DNA of 63,943 nucleotides, filler included, from an uncultured Methanosarcinales archaeon (GCA_964645415.1; 8 parts of 8 records of this genome joined end to end with filler, not necessarily neighbours in it); one strand, 5' to 3'. Positions 39,921 through 50,456 are shown, counted from the whole stretch's first letter. A program made the numbers and translations. Notes: generated by a model from the letters alone, not told the origin.

Positions 39921-41261
39921 ATGTTAGATATAAATATAATTAGGAAGAATAAAAGTCTTGTAAAAAAGGCTATGGAAAGAAGAAATGAACCAGAGTTTGT
40001 TAATTTAGTTGATGAACTTTATGATGTAGATAAATCATGGAGATCTATTTTAAAAGAAGTTAATTCTTTACGTTCTGAAAAAAATACTCTTTCTGAGAAA
40101 ATTTCTTCTAGTGATAATAAAAAACCCCTTATCGAAAAAGTAAGAGTCCTAAAAGAAGATTTAGATGAGAAAGAGGAGAGATTATCTAAATTAGAGACTA
40201 AGAGGGAAGAAATATTAATGAAACTCCCTAATTTAGTTGATGAGGATGTTCCTTATGGTGAAGATGAATCTGATAATGAACCAGTTGATTTTAATGGTAT
40301 TCCAAAGGTTAGGAAAGAAGATGAATCTAAGTTAAAAGAACAAATCGATGAATCTGTTGATTATGAAGTTTCAGAAGATATTATTCATCATGCAGATTTA
40401 GTTAATGTTTTTGATATTGCTGATACTGATAAAGGAGGTAAAGTTGGTGGTTCAAGATTTTATTATCAAAAAAATGAACTTACTTTATTAGATCTTGCCT
40501 TATCAAACTATGCTCTTGAAAAACTTCATAATAAAGGATTTCAATTAATGACGCCACCATTTCTTGTAAAAAAGTGGGTAGAAGAATGTGGTACATCAAT
40601 GGATGCTTTTGAGGATACTTTATATAAAGTAGAAGATCATGATCTATATCTAATTCCAACTTCAGAACATCCTCTTGCAGCATATTTCCAAGATACAATT
40701 TTAAAAACAGAGGAGCTTCCAAAAAGATTGGCAGGTTATAGTCCTTGTTTTAGAAGAGAAGCAGGAAGTCATGGAAAGGATACAAAAGGTATATTTAGAA
40801 CTCATCAGTTCAATAAAGTAGAACAGTATATTATTTGTGAACCAGAAGAAGCAGAAAGAGAAATGGAAAAATTAGTTGAAAATAGTGGAAACATGCTTGA
40901 AGAGTTAAATATTCCTTATAGAAATTCTTTAATGTGTACTGGAGATATGGATAAAAAAGTAGTAAAACAATATGACATGGAAGGTTGGTTCCCAGGACAA
41001 GCAAAGTTTAGGGAGTTAATGTCTTTTGGAAATGTTATGAGTTGGCAAGCTAGAAGGATGAAAATAAGATATTGGGACCATCCTGGTGCTGATACCAATC
41101 CTGTAGCAACCATTTATGGTACTGGTCTTGCTATTCAAAGAACTTTACTTGCGATGTTTGAAAATAATTACAGACCAGATGGTACTATTAAGATACCAGA
41201 AGTATTGCATAAATATCTTCCTTTTAAGGAGTTAAAACCAAAAAAAGAAGTAAAAAATTAA
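39921..41261 (+). CDS. serS: Serine--tRNA ligase
   Basis: MLDI..IR, LIPTSEHPL, PCFRREAGSHGKDTKGIFRTHQF.KVEQ. Confidence 0.97.
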   Translation: MLDINIIRKNKSLVKKAMERRNEPEFVNLVDELYDVDKSWRSILKEVNSLRSEKNTLSEKISSSDNKKPLIEKVRVLKEDLDEKEERLSKLETKREEILMKLPNLVDEDVPYGEDESDNEPVDFNGIPKVRKEDESKLKEQIDESVDYEVSEDIIHHADLVNVFDIADTDKGGKVGGSRFYYQKNELTLLDLALSNYALEKLHNKGFQLMTPPFLVKKWVEECGTSMDAFEDTLYKVEDHDLYLIPTSEHPLAAYFQDTILKTEELPKRLAGYSPCFRREAGSHGKDTKGIFRTHQFNKVEQYIICEPEEAEREMEKLVENSGNMLEELNIPYRNSLMCTGDMDKKVVKQYDMEGWFPGQAKFRELMSFGNVMSWQARRMKIRYWDHPGADTNPVATIYGTGLAIQRTLLAMFENNYRPDGTIKIPEVLHKYLPFKELKPKKEVKN

Positions 41262-41333
41262 CTTTTTTCTTTTTATTTCTTTTTTATTATTTCTTAATTC
41301 TTTTTAATTTATAATGAAATAACATTAACATAG

Positions 41334-41771
41334 GTGTTTATATTGATTATTGATGATTTTTATCGGACTTTTAAGAATTACTTAAAGAATAAAGTTATTG
41401 ATAATAGGTATGTGAAAAAAATTCTTGCTGAGAAAAAAGCATATCATGAAAAAAACAATTATGGTAGAATTTTATTTGATGATAAAATGTCTCTTGATGA
41501 TTATTTAAGTATTGATAATGAGGTTGAATTTTATAAATATCTAAATGATAATTATAATAAAAATAACACAAATATAGAAAAATCTTTTCTTGAAAGACTC
41601 TTAGAGAAAAATAAAAAAGAGTTTATCAATAAATTTGATGAATTAGATAATAATTTAGAAGATTCAATAAATAATAATAATAATCATAAAAAAAATAACT
41701 TATATCAGATAAATGAGTTTAAGAAAAAAGATTATAACATTAATGACAATAATCATGATGATTCTTCATAA
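41334..41771 (+). CDS. Hypothetical protein (Asn-rich C-terminus)
   Basis: ORF only; start uncertain. Confidence 0.5.
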   Translation: MFILIIDDFYRTFKNYLKNKVIDNRYVKKILAEKKAYHEKNNYGRILFDDKMSLDDYLSIDNEVEFYKYLNDNYNKNNTNIEKSFLERLLEKNKKEFINKFDELDNNLEDSINNNNNHKKNNLYQINEFKKKDYNINDNNHDDSS

Positions 41772-41846
41772 AAATAATCAACTTTTTAAATAAGTATTTT
41801 TATTAATTTATGTTATTTTCGTTATACAAATAATTAATGTGATAAA

Positions 41847-42797
41847 ATGATATGGCTTGAGAAATATAGACCTAAAGATTTTGATGATGTTTTTGGTCAG
41901 GATTTGGTTGTTGATAAAGTTAAAGCTTTTGTAAAAAGAGACGATATACCTCACCTATTATTTTCTGGTCCTGCAGGAACTGGGAAAACAACATTAGCAA
42001 AAGTAATTGCTAATAAATTATATGGTGATTCTTGGCAAGAAAATGTTTTAGAGTTAAATGCTAGTGATGAGAGAGGGATTGATGTAGTTCGTGATAAAAT
42101 TAAGAACTTTGCGAGAACTGTTCCTAATAAAGGTTTTAAAATAATCTATCTTGATGAGAGTGATGCTTTAACAAGTTCTGCTCAACAAGCTTTAAGACGA
42201 ATTATGGAAGAATATAGTTCAATTACTCGTTTTATTTTAAGTTGTAATTACATTTCAAAAATTATTGATCCAATACAAAGTAGATGTGCTGTTTTTAGAT
42301 TTAGGAAACTAAAAAATGAAGAAGTATTAAAAATAGTAGATAAAGTATCTATAAAAGAAGAACTAAAATTATCTAAAAAGGCAAAAGAAGCTCTTGTTGA
42401 AATATCAAGTGGTGATGCAAGGCGAGTTGTTAATGTTTTACAATCTTGTTCTGTTATCTCAAAAGATATTGATGAAAAATTGATTTATTCAATGGTAGGA
42501 ATTGTTGAACCTAAAGAATTAAAATCTATTATTGAAAAAGCAATTGATGGTCGTTTTTTCAGAGCAAAAAGTCAATTAGAAGATATGATTTACAAATATG
42601 GTCTTTCTGGTTATGACTTAGTGAAACAGATTGGTAATGTTTTACAAGAAATTAAAGATGATGAGAATCAAGAATTAATAAAAAAAGCTTATCAATATTT
42701 AGGAGATATTGAATATCGTTTAAATGAAGGATGTTCAACTGAAATACAAATTAATTCTTTTTTAGCTCTTCTATCAAAAGATGAAAGTAAAAATTAG
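41847..42797 (+). CDS. rfcS: Replication factor C small subunit
   Basis: WLEKYRP, GPAGTGKTT, ELNASDERGIDVVR, DESD, QSRC. Confidence 0.96.
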   Translation: MIWLEKYRPKDFDDVFGQDLVVDKVKAFVKRDDIPHLLFSGPAGTGKTTLAKVIANKLYGDSWQENVLELNASDERGIDVVRDKIKNFARTVPNKGFKIIYLDESDALTSSAQQALRRIMEEYSSITRFILSCNYISKIIDPIQSRCAVFRFRKLKNEEVLKIVDKVSIKEELKLSKKAKEALVEISSGDARRVVNVLQSCSVISKDIDEKLIYSMVGIVEPKELKSIIEKAIDGRFFRAKSQLEDMIYKYGLSGYDLVKQIGNVLQEIKDDENQELIKKAYQYLGDIEYRLNEGCSTEIQINSFLALLSKDESKN

Positions 42798-42803
42798 GTA
42801 AAA

Positions 42804-44150
42804 ATGTTAAAAGACCGATTAAAAAAGATTAATAACTTAGAATATAACAATGGAAAAATTCTTTATTGGATGTCAAGAGACCAAAGAGTAAAAAATAACT
42901 GGTCATTAATTTATGCTCAAAAGTTAGCAAAAAAATATAATAAAAAAATTGAAGTATTGTTTTGTTTAAATAAAGAATATGAATTTCTTAATGAACGAAA
43001 TTTTGATTTTATGATTTCTGGATTAAAAGAAGTAGAAAAAAGATTAATTGATTTAGGTATTAAATTTCATTTTTTATTAGGAAATCCGATTCATAAAATT
43101 CCTTCTTTTATAAAAAAATCTGATATTGGTTTTTTAATTACAGACTTTTCTCCTTTAAAAGTAAAATTAAATTGGGAAAATAAAATTAAAAAAAAATTAA
43201 ATATCCCTTTTCATAAAGTAGACTCTCACAATATTGTACCTATTTGGATTGCTTCATCTAAAAAAGAATATGCTGCTTATACAATTAGAAAAAAAATTAA
43301 TCCTAAATTAGATAAATATCTTACCGATTTTCCTAACCTTGAAAAAGTAGATAATAAAGTAGAATCTTCTATTGATTGGGGTAAAATTGAAAATTTAAAT
43401 ATTGATAATTCTGTTAAAAAAGTAAACTGGATAAAACCAGGATACTCTAACGCTAAAAAAATACTTTACGACTTTATTAAAAATAAATTAAAGAATTATT
43501 CTGAAAATTCTAATAATCCTTCTTTTAATGTTTTATCTAATTTATCTCCTTACATACATTTTGGTCAAATTTCTGCTCAGAGAATTGCCCTTGATGTTTT
43601 AGAAAATGATTGTTTAGTAAAAAATAAAGATGATTTCTTAGAGCAATTAATAGTTAGAAGAGAATTAACTGATAATTATTGTTATTTTGAAAAGAATTAT
43701 GATTCTATCGAAGGTTTTCCAGATTGGGCAAAAGAGACTTTATCTGAACATCAAGGTGATAACAGAGAGTATATTTATTCACTTAGTGACTTTGAAAATG
43801 CAAAGACACATGATGAATATTGGAATGCTGCTCAAAAAGAATTACTACATAGAGGAAAGATACATTCTTATATGAGAATGTATTGGGCAAAAAAAATATT
43901 AGAGTGGACACCTAACTCAGAAGAAGCATTTAAAATTGCGATTTATCTTAATGATAAGTATTCACTTGATGGAAGAGACCCAAATGGTTTCGTAGGGGTT
44001 TCTTGGGCGATTGGTGGCGTTCATGATAGAGCTTTTAGGGAAAGAGAAGTATATGGGAAAGTTAGATACATGTCAAAATCAGGTCTTGATAGAAAATTTG
44101 ATATGAAAAAATATGTGAAAAAAGTTAATAATAAGTCTTTAATTGATTAA
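42804..44150 (+). CDS. phr: Class II CPD DNA photolyase
   Basis: YWMSRDQRV..NWSL, SNLSPYIHFGQIS, HSYMRMYWAKKILEWT, LDGRDPNG. Confidence 0.95.
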   Translation: MLKDRLKKINNLEYNNGKILYWMSRDQRVKNNWSLIYAQKLAKKYNKKIEVLFCLNKEYEFLNERNFDFMISGLKEVEKRLIDLGIKFHFLLGNPIHKIPSFIKKSDIGFLITDFSPLKVKLNWENKIKKKLNIPFHKVDSHNIVPIWIASSKKEYAAYTIRKKINPKLDKYLTDFPNLEKVDNKVESSIDWGKIENLNIDNSVKKVNWIKPGYSNAKKILYDFIKNKLKNYSENSNNPSFNVLSNLSPYIHFGQISAQRIALDVLENDCLVKNKDDFLEQLIVRRELTDNYCYFEKNYDSIEGFPDWAKETLSEHQGDNREYIYSLSDFENAKTHDEYWNAAQKELLHRGKIHSYMRMYWAKKILEWTPNSEEAFKIAIYLNDKYSLDGRDPNGFVGVSWAIGGVHDRAFREREVYGKVRYMSKSGLDRKFDMKKYVKKVNNKSLID

Positions 44151-44172
44151 AAATATTTATCTATATTTTATT

Positions 44173-44227
44173 TTCTTCGAAACTTAGAAAAAAACTTTGT
44201 TTTTTTCAAGGTGAGAAATCTTTTGAT
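44173..44227 (+). repeat. Double-hairpin repeat module, copy 1
   Basis: TTCGAAACTTAGAAAAAAACTTTGTTTTTTTCAAGGTGAGAAATCTTTTGAT; also at 51690-51748 and 59240-59295 (minus). Confidence 0.88.
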
Positions 44228-44327
44228 NNNNNNNNNNNNNNNNNNNNNNNNNNNNNNNNNNNNNNNNNNNNTTAATTAATTAANNNNNNNNNNNNNNNNN
44301 NNNNNNNNNNNNNNNNNNNNNNNNNNN

Positions 44328-44447
44328 AATCTCTGATTTTATTCACTTTTAAATTTCTAATTTAACAGTTCTAAACTTTAGTTTAATAAATTGACCAGAT
44401 GGTACCATTCTAAAGAATGGCACGGTATTTTTATGATATTCTATTCA
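44328..44447 (-). repeat. Mosaic repeat copy (core hairpin 44402-44423)
   Basis: 44344-44385 is the exact reverse complement of 13821-13862. Confidence 0.88.
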
Positions 44448-44448
44448 A

Positions 44449-45459
44449 TTATATTTTTGATGCAATTTCAGAAAAATTATTCTTGAACTCAATGTCGTCT
44501 GTTCTTTCATAAGGTTTAATTTTTAAATCTACTTTTTCTCCTGATAAATGTTCTAATAATCCTTGCCAAGCTATCATTATTGCATTATCTACATTAAATT
44601 TGTTTTCTAATGTATATAACTTTGCATCTCTTTCATCACACATTATTTTTGCCATCTCTTGAAGTCTTTTATTACAAGCAACTCCACCACCTAATATTAG
44701 TTCATCTTTTCCAGTGTGAGCCATTGCCCTTTCAGTTACTTCAAGTAACATTGAATAAACCGTTTCTTGAAGAGAATAACATAAATCTGATTTTGAATAC
44801 TTATTAGAGTCAAATTTTTGTTTTAAATTTGTCAATATCCCACCAAAAGAAACATCCATCCCTTTTACAACATATGGTAATTTAATAAATTTATCAGATT
44901 TTAATGATTCTTCATAAATCTTAGGACCTCCTGGAAATCCAAATCCAATGTATCTTGCAAAAGTGTCTAAAAAATTACCGACTCCAATATCTAATGTTTC
45001 ACCAAATACACGATATTTTTTAGATTCATAAGCTATTACTTGAGTATTAGCTCCGGATGCATAAAGTAAAATAGGATCTTTAATATCACTGTGAACAAAA
45101 CTACCTATAGTTAAATGTGCTATACAATGATTTACTCCTACAAGAGGGATATTATTTTGGAAAGAAATAGATTTAGCTGTAAAAGAACCAACCTTTAGTG
45201 CATGACCCATTCCTGGTCCTCTTGAAAAGGATATTAAATCAATATCAGATAATTTTTTGTTAGCATCACTTAAAGTCTTTTTTATCACATTGAAATATAC
45301 TTCTTTGTGATGTTCAAATACTTCATAAGGAATCATTCCATGGTCATCACTACTATAAGAGTCTTTATTATTTGAAAGCAACTTTTTACCTTTTATTAAA
45401 GCAGCTCCAAAGGTATGAGCAGTACTTTCTATTCCTAATACAGTAAGATTATTTTTCAT
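44449..45459 (-). CDS. kae1: tRNA N6-threonylcarbamoyltransferase Kae1
   Basis: LGIESTAHT, SRGPG, VNHCIAH, SGANTQ, GETLDIGVGN, GGVACN, DNAIMIA. Confidence 0.96.
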   Translation of the reverse strand: MKNNLTVLGIESTAHTFGAALIKGKKLLSNNKDSYSSDDHGMIPYEVFEHHKEVYFNVIKKTLSDANKKLSDIDLISFSRGPGMGHALKVGSFTAKSISFQNNIPLVGVNHCIAHLTIGSFVHSDIKDPILLYASGANTQVIAYESKKYRVFGETLDIGVGNFLDTFARYIGFGFPGGPKIYEESLKSDKFIKLPYVVKGMDVSFGGILTNLKQKFDSNKYSKSDLCYSLQETVYSMLLEVTERAMAHTGKDELILGGGVACNKRLQEMAKIMCDERDAKLYTLENKFNVDNAIMIAWQGLLEHLSGEKVDLKIKPYERTDDIEFKNNFSEIASKI

Positions 45460-45477
45460 TTCTAAAAAATATTATTT

Positions 45478-46467
45478 TTATTTACTTTTAGATTTTTTTT
45501 TCTTACTACCTTTTTTACTTTTTGACTTCTTCTTACTAGATGATTTACTTTTTTTATTACTTGATTTACTCTTTTTACTAGATTTTTTACTTTTTGATTT
45601 CTTCTTACCTTTTGACTTTTTCTTAGAACTTTTTTTCTTCTTAGATGATTTTGATTTCTTTTTTTTACTCTTTTTATCAGACTTTTTACTTTTTGATTTC
45701 TCCTTTTTACTGGATTTTTTACCAGATGATTTACTCTTTTTAGATTTCTTCTTATCTTTAGAATCTGACTTTTTATCTTTTTTATCATCTTTTTTCTTTA
45801 GTAATTTTTTTGATAAAACACTTACTTCTTTGATATCAGTAATATCTTTAATTTCATCTTCAATCTTTTTTACAATTTCTTTAGGAAGACCATCTCCTTC
45901 TAAACCAATTTTTACTTCACTATCTTTTATTTCTACAATTGGATTTTTCATATGCATCATTTTTAATGTAGATCTAATTTTCTCTTCTTCATCTTCAACA
46001 AGTCTATTAATTTTTGCTTCATATATAATATCATGACCTGAAAGAGGATGATTAAAATCAACAATAACTCTACCTGAACCACTTGATCTAACTACACCTA
46101 CTTGACCATCAATTTCATAAGCCATTCCTGGACGAGGATCAACATCCATCTTTTTAAATACACGATGAGGGATCATTTTAATTTTTGATGCGTCTTTTTT
46201 TCCAAAAGCATTTTCTTTTTTTACTTCAATTTTATGTTCTTTACCAATTTGTTTTCCAATAAGTTGATTATCTAATCCTTTTACAACATAACCTTTTCCT
46301 ACAGGAAAAATTAAAGTGTCTGTTGGATTTTGAACTCCTTCTTCTTCAGCAACTTCATCATAAGTTGTATCAAAAACTTCTTTGTCTTCTTTTGTTTTAG
46401 CAATATAATCCAATTCAATAACATCAAATTCTTTGATTTTTTTAACCATTATAACTTTCACCATCAA
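45478..46467 (-). CDS. Long-type FKBP peptidyl-prolyl isomerase with Lys/Ser-rich tail
   Basis: VFDTT, VGKGYVVKGLD, AFG, GRVIVDFNHPLSG; start may be ATG 46449. Confidence 0.93.
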   Translation of the reverse strand: MMVKVIMVKKIKEFDVIELDYIAKTKEDKEVFDTTYDEVAEEEGVQNPTDTLIFPVGKGYVVKGLDNQLIGKQIGKEHKIEVKKENAFGKKDASKIKMIPHRVFKKMDVDPRPGMAYEIDGQVGVVRSSGSGRVIVDFNHPLSGHDIIYEAKINRLVEDEEEKIRSTLKMMHMKNPIVEIKDSEVKIGLEGDGLPKEIVKKIEDEIKDITDIKEVSVLSKKLLKKKDDKKDKKSDSKDKKKSKKSKSSGKKSSKKEKSKSKKSDKKSKKKKSKSSKKKKSSKKKSKGKKKSKSKKSSKKSKSSNKKSKSSSKKKSKSKKGSKKKKSKSK

Positions 46468-46606
46468 CTAAAATCTTCTTTTATTTATATAATTTTTCTA
46501 TACTTACCTAATAATTTATTTATTTTTTAAAAAAAAATTACATATTTTAGTTCTTATTCAAAAATATTTATATATGAATAAATTTGTTTAAAAAATTCAA
46601 AAGAAG

Positions 46607-47218
46607 ATGAATAAAATAAACTTAGCGAAAAAGATTTCAAAAAAGTATCATAGAGGCCAAATTAGAAAAAAAGATAATATCCCTTATTATATGCATCCTT
46701 ATAGTGTAGTTAAAATTCTAAAAAGATATGGATATAAAGATGAATCTGTTTTATCTATAGCATATTTACATGATACTGTGGAGGATACTGATTTAACTAT
46801 TGAAGAAATTAAAAGTTTATTTGGTGATTATATTGCTAGAGGAGTATATGTGCTTTCAAGAAATAAAGGTAACATTCAAGAAGGTAAAAAGAAAATATCT
46901 GAAAGAGATTATAGAATAAGGTTACTTAATTCATCTATTGATTTTCAAAGAGTTAAACTTGCTGATATAATTCATAATACTTCTACACTTGATGCTTTAT
47001 CAAATTCAGGTATTGAAAAAAAGATTTTAAGCTCTAAAGAATTTTATATCCCTTTAGGAAAGAAGATTTCTCCAAAGATGGTTATTGAATTAGAAAAAAA
47101 TATTAAAAATTACCTAAGTTTAGATAAATCTAATAGAAAATTAATAAAAGATAATAGTTATTTTTTAAATAAATCTAACAAAGAATATATTGAAAAAATC
47201 AAAAGAAAGTACAATTAA
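46607..47218 (+). CDS. RelA/SpoT-type HD hydrolase (small alarmone hydrolase/Mesh1-like)
   Basis: H.GQ.RK...PY..HP, AYLHDTVEDT, VKLAD.IHN. Confidence 0.85.
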   Translation: MNKINLAKKISKKYHRGQIRKKDNIPYYMHPYSVVKILKRYGYKDESVLSIAYLHDTVEDTDLTIEEIKSLFGDYIARGVYVLSRNKGNIQEGKKKISERDYRIRLLNSSIDFQRVKLADIIHNTSTLDALSNSGIEKKILSSKEFYIPLGKKISPKMVIELEKNIKNYLSLDKSNRKLIKDNSYFLNKSNKEYIEKIKRKYN

Positions 47219-47241
47219 TTTTATTTCTAATTTACTTAATT

Positions 47242-47574
47242 CTAAAAGAAAATTATTATAAGAAATGAAGATATAATTGCTCCAAGAAAGTGTAAAAATT
47301 CAGCATGTGTTTTTTCAATTTTTTCTTCTTTTATAAAATATGAAGTAATATAAATTGATATCAATGTTAATGGAATTGCAAGTAAAGCATAATAATTTGC
47401 ACAACTTCCAAAAAAACTATTATTTGTAATATTTTTACAAACATAATCTAGAAAAATTCTTGAAACTGAATTAAATGTTGACTTTATACCAAGACCATAA
47501 AAAATACCTAATATAACACCATTAAAAAAAATACTTCCTGAAATTAAATCAAGGGAGCCTATTTTTCTTTCCAT
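47242..47574 (-). CDS. Small membrane protein
   Basis: Three hydrophobic segments. Confidence 0.65.
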   Translation of the reverse strand: MERKIGSLDLISGSIFFNGVILGIFYGLGIKSTFNSVSRIFLDYVCKNITNNSFFGSCANYYALLAIPLTLISIYITSYFIKEEKIEKTHAEFLHFLGAIISSFLIIIFF

Positions 47575-47693
47575 ATAACATCACGTATTTATTTGTATAT
47601 AATATTTTTTATTTTTAACAAAAAGTTAACATAGTAAAAAAAAATTATCAAAAGATTTAAAATAAAAATAAATTTTACAAAATACTGGTTAAA

Positions 47694-47861
47694 ATGAATC
47701 TAAAAAAAATTATTGATGAATATGATGAAGTTAAATTGAATGTTGATATTATAAATAATAGATATGATAATAAATTAGATTATAATCCTTTTTTTAAGTA
47801 TGAATCAAAGAAAAATCATATTGGTTATGATTTAAATAAGTCAAATTATGATTTTTATTAA
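47694..47861 (+). CDS. Possible 55-aa hypothetical protein
   Basis: Manual ORF MNLKKIIDEYDEVKLNVDII...; no recognisable motif. Confidence 0.3.
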   Translation: MNLKKIIDEYDEVKLNVDIINNRYDNKLDYNPFFKYESKKNHIGYDLNKSNYDFY

Positions 47862-48499
47862 ATTATACCTTCAACTTCTTTATTTATACGGTCAAAAAAT
47901 TTAACCATAAATTTATGTCTTTTTTCTGCCATTCTTTTTCCTTCCTCAGTCATCATTTTATCTTTAATAAACTTTAATTTTACTAAATATTCTCTGTAAG
48001 CAGTATCCTCTCTTGAATATGAAGAAGTATTTTCTATATCAACATTTTTATCATGAAGTTTTGCATTATTTTCTCCTGCAAATAAAAATGCTCTTCCAAT
48101 TCCAACAGCTCCTATTGAATCAAGTTTATCAGAATCAAAAAGTACTTTTGCCTCAATTGTTTTTGGAGAAAAGTTATTTCTAAAACGATGAGATTTAATA
48201 CAATGAATTATATTATTAAATCTCTCTTTTTTAATATTATAATCTTTTAAAATATTTTTTGCTATTTTTGAGCCGTATTCTGCATGACAAATATCACCAT
48301 TATTTCTATCTTGATGTTCTCTTCCAATATCATGAAGTAAAGAAGCTATTTTTAAAACTGTTAAATCAGATTTTTCAATCTTTCCAATGTGTAATGATAA
48401 TTTATAAACACGCATTGTATGATCAAAATCATGACTTCCTCTTTTATCTTTAAAATGATTTTTTGCCCTGTCTTTAATTTCATCAATAATTTCTTTCAT
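47858..48499 (-). CDS. HD-domain phosphohydrolase
   Basis: HDFDHTMRV, LLHDIGR, HAEYG, HRFR, LFDSDKLDSIGAVGIGR. Confidence 0.92.
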   Translation of the reverse strand: MKEIIDEIKDRAKNHFKDKRGSHDFDHTMRVYKLSLHIGKIEKSDLTVLKIASLLHDIGREHQDRNNGDICHAEYGSKIAKNILKDYNIKKERFNNIIHCIKSHRFRNNFSPKTIEAKVLFDSDKLDSIGAVGIGRAFLFAGENNAKLHDKNVDIENTSSYSREDTAYREYLVKLKFIKDKMMTEEGKRMAEKRHKFMVKFFDRINKEVEGII

Positions 48500-48581
48500 A
48501 AAGAGATAGAATTTAATTTAAATATAAACTTTATGTCTAATTTTCAAAAAAATTATAAAGTGATTAAATATTATTGATTTT

Positions 48582-49949
48582 ATGGACATTTTTAAAAATC
48601 CAGAAGATATTACTACCGGTTCAATAAAAAATATTATAATTAGACTATCAATACCTGTTTTCTTTGCTAATTTATTACAAGTTTCTTACAAACTTATTGA
48701 TTTATTTTTTGTAGGAAGATTAGGTAAAGAAGCAATTGCTGCAATTTCTTTAAGTTTTCCAATTCTTTTTTTAATTGTTTCTTTTAGTATTGGATTTGCT
48801 ATTGCAGGAAATATTTTAATTTCTCAACATAAAGGAAATGATAACGATAAAAAAGTTAATTATGTAGCAACTCAAACTATTATCTTCACATTATTTTTAT
48901 CATTAATTTTAGGTTTTATTGGATATATAATTACACCGAATATACTTTCATTAATGAGTTTAGAACCTCTTGTTTATAATTACTCACTTCAATATATGAG
49001 AATTTACTTTATCGGATTAGTTTTTTTATTCATGTATGGTATGTCTCAAGGGATTATGAGAGGGATAGGTGATGTAAAAACACCTTTAATTATTATAACT
49101 ATTACTGTTATTCTTAATATCTTATTAGATCCGATTTTAATCTTTGGTTTAGGCCCTTTTCCTGCTCTTGAAGTTAGAGGCGCAGCATTAGCAACAATTA
49201 TTAGCCAAGCTATTAGTGCTATTTTATGTTTTATTTTATTTATCTCTAATAAATATAAAATTACAATTGATTTAAAAAATTATAAATTCGATTTAAAAAT
49301 AATAAAAAAAGTAATTAAATTAGGTATACCTTCTTCTCTTGAAACAACAGCAAGAGCACTTGCTACAAGTGTATTAGTTTTTATAATTACAAATCTTGGA
49401 ACTGTTACAACAGCAGCTTATGGAATAGGTGCAAAAGTATTTAATATTGTCACAATTCCTGCTTTTGCTATATCTACAGCAACAACTACGATTGTAGGAC
49501 AAAATATTGGTGCAAATCAGACAGATAGAGCTGTTTTATCAACTAAGAAGAGTATTAAATATTCTCTTTACATTCTAATTTCACTTGGAGTGATCTTATT
49601 TCTTTTTTCATCTTCACTTGCTTCAATATTTACAAATGAAATTCCTGTAATAGAGCAAACATCAACATTTATTAGATTTATATCTTTTTCAATATGGCTT
49701 TTAGGAATACAAGTAATTATAAATGGAACATTAAGAGGTGCAGGAGATACAAAAACAGCAATGTATATTACAATAATAACATTATGGTTTGTTAGAATTC
49801 CATTAGTTTTATTTTTAACATATGTGTTAAATTTAAAAGAAATAGGTGTATGGTTATCTTTTCCAATTTCTGAACTAATAGCAGTAATTATTTCGGTTTT
49901 TGTAATAGTTAAAGGAACATGGTATAATAAAAAATTAATCAATCATTAA
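48582..49949 (+). CDS. MATE family efflux transporter
   Basis: D.FFVGRLG, RGIGDVKTP, NILLDP.LIFG, GAALAT, RGAGDT. Confidence 0.95.
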   Translation: MDIFKNPEDITTGSIKNIIIRLSIPVFFANLLQVSYKLIDLFFVGRLGKEAIAAISLSFPILFLIVSFSIGFAIAGNILISQHKGNDNDKKVNYVATQTIIFTLFLSLILGFIGYIITPNILSLMSLEPLVYNYSLQYMRIYFIGLVFLFMYGMSQGIMRGIGDVKTPLIIITITVILNILLDPILIFGLGPFPALEVRGAALATIISQAISAILCFILFISNKYKITIDLKNYKFDLKIIKKVIKLGIPSSLETTARALATSVLVFIITNLGTVTTAAYGIGAKVFNIVTIPAFAISTATTTIVGQNIGANQTDRAVLSTKKSIKYSLYILISLGVILFLFSSSLASIFTNEIPVIEQTSTFIRFISFSIWLLGIQVIINGTLRGAGDTKTAMYITIITLWFVRIPLVLFLTYVLNLKEIGVWLSFPISELIAVIISVFVIVKGTWYNKKLINH

Positions 49950-49951
49950 AC

Positions 49952-50425
49952 TTAATTTAAATCATTCATACTTTTCCAAATATCAATATTACTAATATTT
50001 ACTTCTTTTCCTAAAAAATTTGGTTTATCAAATTTATTCATATCATCAATTGAATTAAATTCAATCTCAGCAAAAGTATATTTATTAGGATTTTTAAAGA
50101 TATCAACTTCAATTACTTTATTATTAAATTCATATTCTCTTCTAATCTTTTTAATAGGAGATAAATTTTTAGATTGTAATAATCTTTCTTTTTTATTATA
50201 TTCCTTTTTTGATAGTTTAAATTCGAATTCTTTTCTAATCTCCCCTTTACCTTTTTTAATAGTTAGAATATAATTATGATTATTTTCAATTTTGACTTTT
50301 CTTAATCTAATCTGAAAATCATCCTTATAATAAATATAATTTTGTTCTATATAATATTCTCTAAGAAGTTTTAAGTTTTTTATATTGTTCAAAAAAACAT
50401 TATATTTTTTTTCTATTTCATACAT
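49952..50425 (-). CDS. CYTH domain protein
   Basis: EIEKKY, IEQ.Y, RLR, R.EFE, K.R, EVD, AEIEF. Confidence 0.88.
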   Translation of the reverse strand: MYEIEKKYNVFLNNIKNLKLLREYYIEQNYIYYKDDFQIRLRKVKIENNHNYILTIKKGKGEIRKEFEFKLSKKEYNKKERLLQSKNLSPIKKIRREYEFNNKVIEVDIFKNPNKYTFAEIEFNSIDDMNKFDKPNFLGKEVNISNIDIWKSMNDLN

Positions 50426-50456
50426 AAAACTTATTTAGAAATTTAAGTATAAATAT

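Noticed and set aside
45462..45788. 108-aa Lys/Arg-rich ORF
   Set aside because: Alternate frame of the low-complexity FKBP tail.
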